Origin: Candidatus Hadarchaeum sp.
GTDB lineage: Archaea; Hadarchaeota; Hadarchaeia; Hadarchaeales; Hadarchaeaceae
DNA: 64,000 bases
Direction of reading: 5' to 3'
Assembly: GCF_038871235.1 (NCBI RefSeq)
Contig: NZ_JAVZIN010000009.1
Coordinates: forward strand, 1,441 to 65,440
The number at the start of each line of letters is the position of its first letter. Positions within the stretch are counted from its first letter, which is position 1. Shown here piece after piece: positions 59,362 through 64,000 of this stretch. Below the pieces are notes generated by a model that saw only the letters and a list, made by a program, of their open reading frames with translations, was not told the DNA's origin and searched no databases. A program made the translations under genes and the position numbers.

Positions 59362-60393
59362 ATGAGAAAGCCGGCGAGATTTGGTGAGTCACTACTTGGC
59401 GATAAGGTTCGGTGTCGTCTTTGCCCCCGCCTATGTGTAATTCCCATGGGTGAAACCGGTTTCTGTCGCACTCGGTTGAACGATCGCGGCCAGCTTTATA
59501 CCCTCATCTATGGCTCGGTGACATCGATGGCGATTGACCCTGTGGAAAAGAAACCCCTTTATCATTTTCTGCCCGGCAGCGACTCCTTTTCAATAGGCAC
59601 GGCCGGTTGTAATCTCGCCTGCCGCCACTGTCAAAATTGGACGATCTCGCAGGCGAACATAGAGGAAGTAGATCATGAGAATATGTTACCCGAGAGGGTG
59701 GTGGAGCTGGCCCAGAAGTATCGTTGTCCGAGCATTTCCTACACCTATTCGGAACCATCGATCTGGTTTGAGTTTGTTTACGACACCGCTAAAATTGCCC
59801 ACGCGGCAGGGATTTACAACATCTACGTCACTAATGGCTACATGAGCCTAGAGGCCTGGGAGGAGATCAAACCTTATCTCGCCGCGGCCAATGTTGATGT
59901 GAAAGCCTTTTCCGATGATTTCTATCGAAGAGTCTGTTCCGCTCCGGGACTCGAGCCGGTTTTGAGGACCTGCGAGTGGATGGTGGAAAATGGGATTCAC
60001 CTTGAGACCACCTACTTGATTATCCCCGGTGAAAACGACAATTCTGAGGAGATCCGCAAATTTTGCCGGTGGGAGGTGGAGAAGCTGGGTCCCGATGTCC
60101 CGACTCACTTCAGCCGCTTTTTCCCCATGTATAAAATGAGCGACCGGGAGCCGACCCCGGTAAGGACGCTTGAGCTGGCTCTGAAGATAGCCAAGGAGGA
60201 AGGACTGCACTACGTTTACATCGGCAATGTGGCCGGCCACAAGGGCGATAACACCTACTGTCCCAACTGCGGGAAGCTCCTCATTGAAAGGTTTGGCTTT
60301 GACATCCTCCGTTACGAGATCAAGGATCATAAATGCCCCAAATGCGGCACCGAAATCAAAATTTTTGGGGAGTACAGCCCAGCCTCAAGATAG
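59362..60393 (+). CDS. AmmeMemoRadiSam-system radical SAM enzyme (PFL-activase-like)
   Basis: 343 aa. It has CNLACRHCQN (CxxxCxxC) and a C-terminal CPNCG...CPKCG zinc ribbon. Confidence 0.8.
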   Translation: MRKPARFGESLLGDKVRCRLCPRLCVIPMGETGFCRTRLNDRGQLYTLIYGSVTSMAIDPVEKKPLYHFLPGSDSFSIGTAGCNLACRHCQNWTISQANIEEVDHENMLPERVVELAQKYRCPSISYTYSEPSIWFEFVYDTAKIAHAAGIYNIYVTNGYMSLEAWEEIKPYLAAANVDVKAFSDDFYRRVCSAPGLEPVLRTCEWMVENGIHLETTYLIIPGENDNSEEIRKFCRWEVEKLGPDVPTHFSRFFPMYKMSDREPTPVRTLELALKIAKEEGLHYVYIGNVAGHKGDNTYCPNCGKLLIERFGFDILRYEIKDHKCPKCGTEIKIFGEYSPASR

Positions 60394-61767
60394 CTAGCTT
60401 TGCCTTATGGCGGCTTTCAGTTCCTTCATTCCAAGATCTGCGATTTTCTTTGCCTGTTTTTCTGTCTTGGCCTCGGCAAAGCAGCGGAAAATGGGCTCGG
60501 TCCCTGAGGGCCTGAGCAGAAGCCAGCCTTCCTCGAACTCTATTCTCAGCCCATCCTCTCGGCAGATTCGATGATCAGAAAATCTCTTGGTCAACCGCTC
60601 GAGCACTTTAGCTTTTTTATCGTTGGGACACTCTAGCCTTTTTTTTACTTGGAAGTAGACGGGCAAGGTTAGGTTAAATTCTGAGGCCTTCATTTCGGTT
60701 TTGTCCAGGGCTGCAATAAACTGAACCGCAGTCATTATGCCATCCCTGCAGAGCAACCAATCAGGGAAGATCACACCACCATTCTCCTCGCCGGCTATGT
60801 CACCACCATTTTTTCGAAACTCCTCGACCAGCTCAGGCTCACCAACTTTGGTTCTTACCACCTCGCCACCCAGCTTGGTGGCGACATCTTCAAGGACAGA
60901 GCTCGTGGCCACGGTGGTCAGGATTTTGGGCCTAGTTTTTTCACCAAGGTAATGTAGGGCCACATGGGCGAAAACTCTATCTCCGCTGATAATTTCACCG
61001 CGTTCGTCAACGATAAGGGTTCGGTCGGCATCACCATCGTGCGCCACCCCCAGATCGGCCTTACAACCGACGACGGTCTTGGCCAGCTCCTTCAGATTTT
61101 CGGGGACGGTTTCCAGTTTTCGGCCCGGAAAGGTTCCATCAAGCTGGCCGTTGATTGAAATCACCTTGCAGCCCAGCTCCCTGAGAAGTCCAGGTGTGAC
61201 TAGATTCCCTACGGCGTTGGCGCAGTCGAGGACCACCTTCAACTCACGTCTGAACTTTGGAACCCTTTTTTTGATGGCGGCAACATAGTGGGACAAAGCC
61301 TCCGCGCTTTCAAAGTGCCCAATGTCGCACCAGCTCACCATCTTTGTACCGCGGGAGATTATGCGTTCAATTTTTTCCTCCCGCCAGCGCTGAAACCCAG
61401 CGCCATCGCAGTCCCAGAATTTGATTCCGTTGTATTCAGCAGGATTGTGAGAGGCGGTGATCATGACTCCAGCGTCGCAGCTGAAGTATCTGGTGGCGAA
61501 GGACAGCACTGGAGTTGGGATCAGACCCAGCCTGACGGCATCGCAGCCGCCGGAGTTCAGGCCAGCTACCAGCGCTTCTTCAAGCATCACACCGGAGGTC
61601 CTGTTGTCTCTTCCCACAGCAACTCTGCCACGGTTGCCAAGATCGGTCGCCAGTGCTTGGCCCAGCTCGAGCGCAGTTTTTATTGTCAGCTCCTTGTTAA
61701 CTATTCCTCTAACTCCAAAGGTTCCGAAGAGTTTGGGCATGAATGTCAACTCATAATCGCCGCACAA
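60394..61767 (-). CDS. glmM: Phosphoglucosamine mutase or phosphomannomutase (alpha-D-phosphohexomutase family)
   Basis: 457 aa. It has the active-site TASHNPAEYNG, the Mg loop DGDADR, and a sugar-binding loop. Confidence 0.85.
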   Translation of the reverse strand: MCGDYELTFMPKLFGTFGVRGIVNKELTIKTALELGQALATDLGNRGRVAVGRDNRTSGVMLEEALVAGLNSGGCDAVRLGLIPTPVLSFATRYFSCDAGVMITASHNPAEYNGIKFWDCDGAGFQRWREEKIERIISRGTKMVSWCDIGHFESAEALSHYVAAIKKRVPKFRRELKVVLDCANAVGNLVTPGLLRELGCKVISINGQLDGTFPGRKLETVPENLKELAKTVVGCKADLGVAHDGDADRTLIVDERGEIISGDRVFAHVALHYLGEKTRPKILTTVATSSVLEDVATKLGGEVVRTKVGEPELVEEFRKNGGDIAGEENGGVIFPDWLLCRDGIMTAVQFIAALDKTEMKASEFNLTLPVYFQVKKRLECPNDKKAKVLERLTKRFSDHRICREDGLRIEFEEGWLLLRPSGTEPIFRCFAEAKTEKQAKKIADLGMKELKAAIRQS

Positions 61768-61770
61768 ATA

Positions 61771-62133
61771 TTAAATCGTGACGTGATAGTTTACTCGGGC
61801 CCGTGGCCTAGCTAGGATAAGGCGGCAAGTTGAAAAACCCGCAGGCCTTCTATCCCGGCGAGGAGAGCTGCATATCGTGGGTTCAAATCCCACCGGGCCC
61901 GCCTCTTCAACCCTTTCTTGGGAAGAAAGCGTTGACGGAAAGAAATTATTTTCGCCGTTTTTGTCAAAGTCCGCCCCATTTTCCATTCCCAGGGCTTTCC
62001 TGAGTTGATATTCCAGAAAGCGGCTCAGGTTTATGCCTCTTTCCCTGGCGGCTTTGACGATCTCGGGGTCAAGGGTCAGGCAGGTGATTTTCCGTTTGCG
62101 TTTGCGTGCATATACACATACATATTCAGGCAT
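61771..62133 (-). CDS. Putative small ribbon-helix-helix (CopG-like) protein. The 3' third of the ORF runs antisense across the tRNA gene, so the C-terminus is doubtful
   Basis: From an internal Met, the stretch KITCLTLDPEIVKAARERGINLSRFLEYQLRKAL is RHH-like. The upstream extension and the portion overlapping the tRNA are probably not genuine. Confidence 0.3.
   Translation of the reverse strand: MPEYVCVYARKRKRKITCLTLDPEIVKAARERGINLSRFLEYQLRKALGMENGADFDKNGENNFFPSTLSSQERVEEAGPVGFEPTICSSPRRDRRPAGFSTCRLILARPRARVNYHVTI
61797..61901 (+). tRNA. tRNA gene with about 30 extra nucleotides, a putative intron. The isotype is unresolved
   Basis: The acceptor stem is GGGCCCG/CGGGCCC. T8 and G9 are present. 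The D-stem is GCCT/AGGC with a D-loop AGCTAGGATA. The T-arm is GTGGG-TTCAAAT-CCCAC, and the discriminator is G. Between D-arm and T-arm there are 53 nt where about 23 are expected. Confidence 0.7.
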
Positions 62134-62707
62134 GGTTGCCTCATTGCTTTGTAATACGCAACTGATTATAATCTGTTGTGGATGAATTCGCGCAAGAAAA
62201 GAAGGCAAGGAGATGCTGTCCTGAAGAAGTTAATATACGTTAACTTCTGCTTCAGAGCCGTTCCCTGCCCGTTTTTCAGAAGTTAAGATGGCAATAATTT
62301 ATGGTTTCCCTTAGGGTGGTGATAGAAGGACCCAAGTATAAGGTAAGTAAGTGACGAGTCAGCTCTTTCCTTTGGATGCCGTGGTCAAGAAGTTAAATCA
62401 ACGACACCTCGGATCTCCTTTATCGGCTGTTTTTTCAAACGGGAACAAAAATGCCATCTTGTTTCCTGACACCAAACAGAGGCAGAATTGAGCTTATTTT
62501 ATCTGTTTTTGCCCACAGTATGTAGATACATCTTTATATATAGCGGCCGAGAACACCGAGAAACTGCGCCGCCCATTGGGTCGAGGGCATATGATTATCC
62601 ATTTCGGCCGGACCCTCACCGCGAAGTGAAGCAGGCAGGCAGCGCCAAGGTGGTTAAGGGGTATCCTCCGGCTGCAAAAGGGACAGACCACGGTATCCAT
62701 TCATCCA

Positions 62708-62953
62708 TCACCTTACCACCATCCAGATCAGGAGCGCGATGAGGAGCACGACAACGAAAAATAAGATCGGGGTCCCGTTTTCGAGCGGGAGCAGCTCGGT
62801 GGGCTCGGTGCTTACCTGGCCGATGAGGTCTCCAGCCATGTCGGAAAACGGAATCCAGGCAAGGGCCACGATGAGGACAATCGACAGAAAAACGGCCAGC
62901 GTTATCTCCTTCATGGCAGGTCGTCCCATTCCTCCCGGTCCCAGCTTTCCCAT
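62708..62953 (-). CDS. Small membrane protein with two TM helices
   Basis: 81 aa with two hydrophobic helices. Confidence 0.3.
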   Translation of the reverse strand: MGKLGPGGMGRPAMKEITLAVFLSIVLIVALAWIPFSDMAGDLIGQVSTEPTELLPLENGTPILFFVVVLLIALLIWMVVR

Positions 62954-63177
62954 TCCTCCCAGTCGTCTTTGTATCTTCTCAGCGGTGCGAAATAGCAGCG
63001 GCCGCGGAAGAAATAGACGAAAAACAGACCAACCCTGTCCCTAATCCCGGCTTCGATCAAGGTGGTGGTGCTTATCCCTAAGAGGCGGGAGATGGTCCCG
63101 GCGCGCAGGGTTTTGCGGTATCGCCTCAGCAGGGCCGCAACCCTTGCGTTTATCCTCCTATGGCTTGGCTGATACAC
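62911..63177 (-). CDS. Small putative HTH protein with an acidic Trp-rich C-terminus
   Basis: RAGTISRLLGISTTTLIEAGIRD is HTH-like. The C-terminus is DDWEEWESWDREEWDD. Confidence 0.3.
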   Translation of the reverse strand: MYQPSHRRINARVAALLRRYRKTLRAGTISRLLGISTTTLIEAGIRDRVGLFFVYFFRGRCYFAPLRRYKDDWEEWESWDREEWDDLP

Positions 63178-63524
63178 TATCAGGCGCCTCCAGGCGGGTC
63201 AGTTTCGGCAGCTCCTCCAGCGGCAGGTAGAGGTCCAGGTCCACGGTGCCGGTGTTCCCGAAAGCGTGATCCCGGCCCTCAAACCTCAGGTGGAGCTGGA
63301 GCTGCCGCCTGCCGGACTGCTCGATGACCTTGGCGCTGAGGAAACCATCCCTCTGCTCGGACCTCAAGGCGTGGTCGTTGTTCATGGTGCGCAGGATCAC
63401 GTAATCGGGATGGATGAACACCTCTGGGGAGACCCGTTTTGGTAAGGGTAAAGGCCGGCGGGTGGAGGTTGCGCTGGACCCCGCCGGCCGGTTCTTTGGT
63501 GGCCGCTGGTTTGGTAAATGAGCG

Positions 63525-63710
63525 TCAAACACGGCGATCACCCTTGAAGGGCAGGGACTTGGCGATGATGACGACCTGCCCGTCTTTCCGGAAAGCGCCG
63601 ATTTTGAACTCCTGGCCCTTGAAGACGCCGCACCTCGACACGATTTCATCGGGCAAGGGCAGGACCAGGTGCCACTGGGTTTCTATGACGGTCTTGACGG
63701 CGTATTTCAT
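63525..63710 (-). CDS. Small AbrB/MazE-like (swapped-hairpin) protein
   Basis: About 61 aa from an internal Met, MKYAVKTVIETQWHLVLPLPDEIVSRCGVFKGQEFKIGAF. Its start overlaps the upstream gene stop as ATGA. Confidence 0.4.
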   Translation of the reverse strand: MKYAVKTVIETQWHLVLPLPDEIVSRCGVFKGQEFKIGAFRKDGQVVIIAKSLPFKGDRRV

Positions 63711-64000
63711 TTTTCGGCCTCCTTTGCTTTCTGGAATATTTCCTCTACCAGCGGGTTGGCGATCTCCCAGTTGGCTTGGTCCATGACGATCTCTTTCACC
63801 TTTTCCAGGAACCACCGTTCATCGGCGCGGAGGACCTTCAGGAAGGCGCAGACGGGAGAGGCCGACCACCAGACGGGGAACTTGAAGCCCTCTGCCTTTT
63901 CCAGATATTCGGAATAGAGCCGTTGGATTTCCTCGGTGGCCTGCTGCGTGAGCCTGCGGTTTGACGGGTAAAAGTCGTAATCGATGGTGGAGTATTTTAC
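63707..64000 (-). CDS. Hypothetical protein, 5'-truncated by the window edge (N-terminus beyond 64000)
   Basis: The minus-strand frame is open from the window edge to TGA at 63707. The C-terminus is ...FKFPVWWSASPVCAFLKVLRADERWFLEKVKEIVMDQANWEIANPLVEEIFQKAKEAEK. Confidence 0.45.
   Translation of the reverse strand, partial: VKYSTIDYDFYPSNRRLTQQATEEIQRLYSEYLEKAEGFKFPVWWSASPVCAFLKVLRADERWFLEKVKEIVMDQANWEIANPLVEEIFQKAKEAEK

Noticed and set aside
61771-62208. 145-aa minus-strand ORF from the track
   Set aside because: Its C-terminal 35 codons are the reverse complement of a well-formed tRNA (61797-61901), and its N-terminal 25 codons are a low-complexity extension. Only the middle RHH-like part is retained, as a low-confidence small protein.
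63158-63649. 163-aa minus-strand ORF
   Set aside because: The N-terminal half is R/S/P-rich wrong-frame-like sequence that overlaps the AbrB-like ORF. Only a possible 75-87-aa core (from MNNDHALR... or an upstream GTG) might be genuine, with no recognisable family, so it is not listed as a feature.
1-64000. CRISPR arrays, rRNA genes, transposases, IS elements or integrases
   Set aside because: No regularly spaced direct repeats, no rRNA-like conserved stretches, and no DDE or tyrosine-recombinase ORFs were seen anywhere in the window.

Overview
This window is an archaeal chromosomal segment of about 55% GC. It is densely packed with mostly housekeeping genes of archaeal type. These include RadA, a four-OB-fold RPA with a zinc ribbon, the RFC small subunit, Cdc48, the PAN proteasome regulator, TFE, aTrm56, HflX, GatCAB, IleRS, a class II B12-dependent RNR with CobO, a class II HMG-CoA reductase, RNase HII, topoisomerase IA, NurA-HerA, TrkAH and two MscS channels.

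I call about 60 CDS and one tRNA. The tRNA has canonical acceptor, D and T arms but carries about 30 extra nucleotides, most likely an intron. There are no CRISPR arrays, no rRNA, and no clear transposase or IS element. Everything below rests on reading the translations by eye; family and motif assignments are from memory and no searches or tools were run.

The findings most worth a second look are:
1. At 35196-42182, an uninterrupted MtmB-family methyltransferase that lacks the UAG/pyrrolysine codon. It forms an operon with a B12-binding corrinoid protein and is transcribed divergently from a LivHMGF/LivK-type ABC transporter. This is a candidate methyltransferase system of unknown substrate.
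2. At 2630-7967, a single-domain KaiC-like ATPase, then a type-I membrane surface protein with a cytoplasmic coiled-coil tail, then a cytoplasmic MEDS-PAS-PAS-PAS-DUF835-like protein with no kinase or other recognisable output domain. I read this as a candidate KaiC-centred signalling module.
3. At the window start (1-2266), a large secreted repeat protein. It is missing from the ORF track because its stop codon lies outside the window.
4. At 10176-10831, a 650-bp ORF-free region carrying three copies of a 16-bp palindrome.
5. At 46003-46057, twin 18-bp palindromes in the larC promoter region.
6. At 16445-25553, an osmoadaptation cluster of TrkAH, two MscS channels, and a GT4 synthase with an OtsB-like phosphatase.
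7. At 52552-53178, a TFE homologue with a lysine-rich N-terminal tail.
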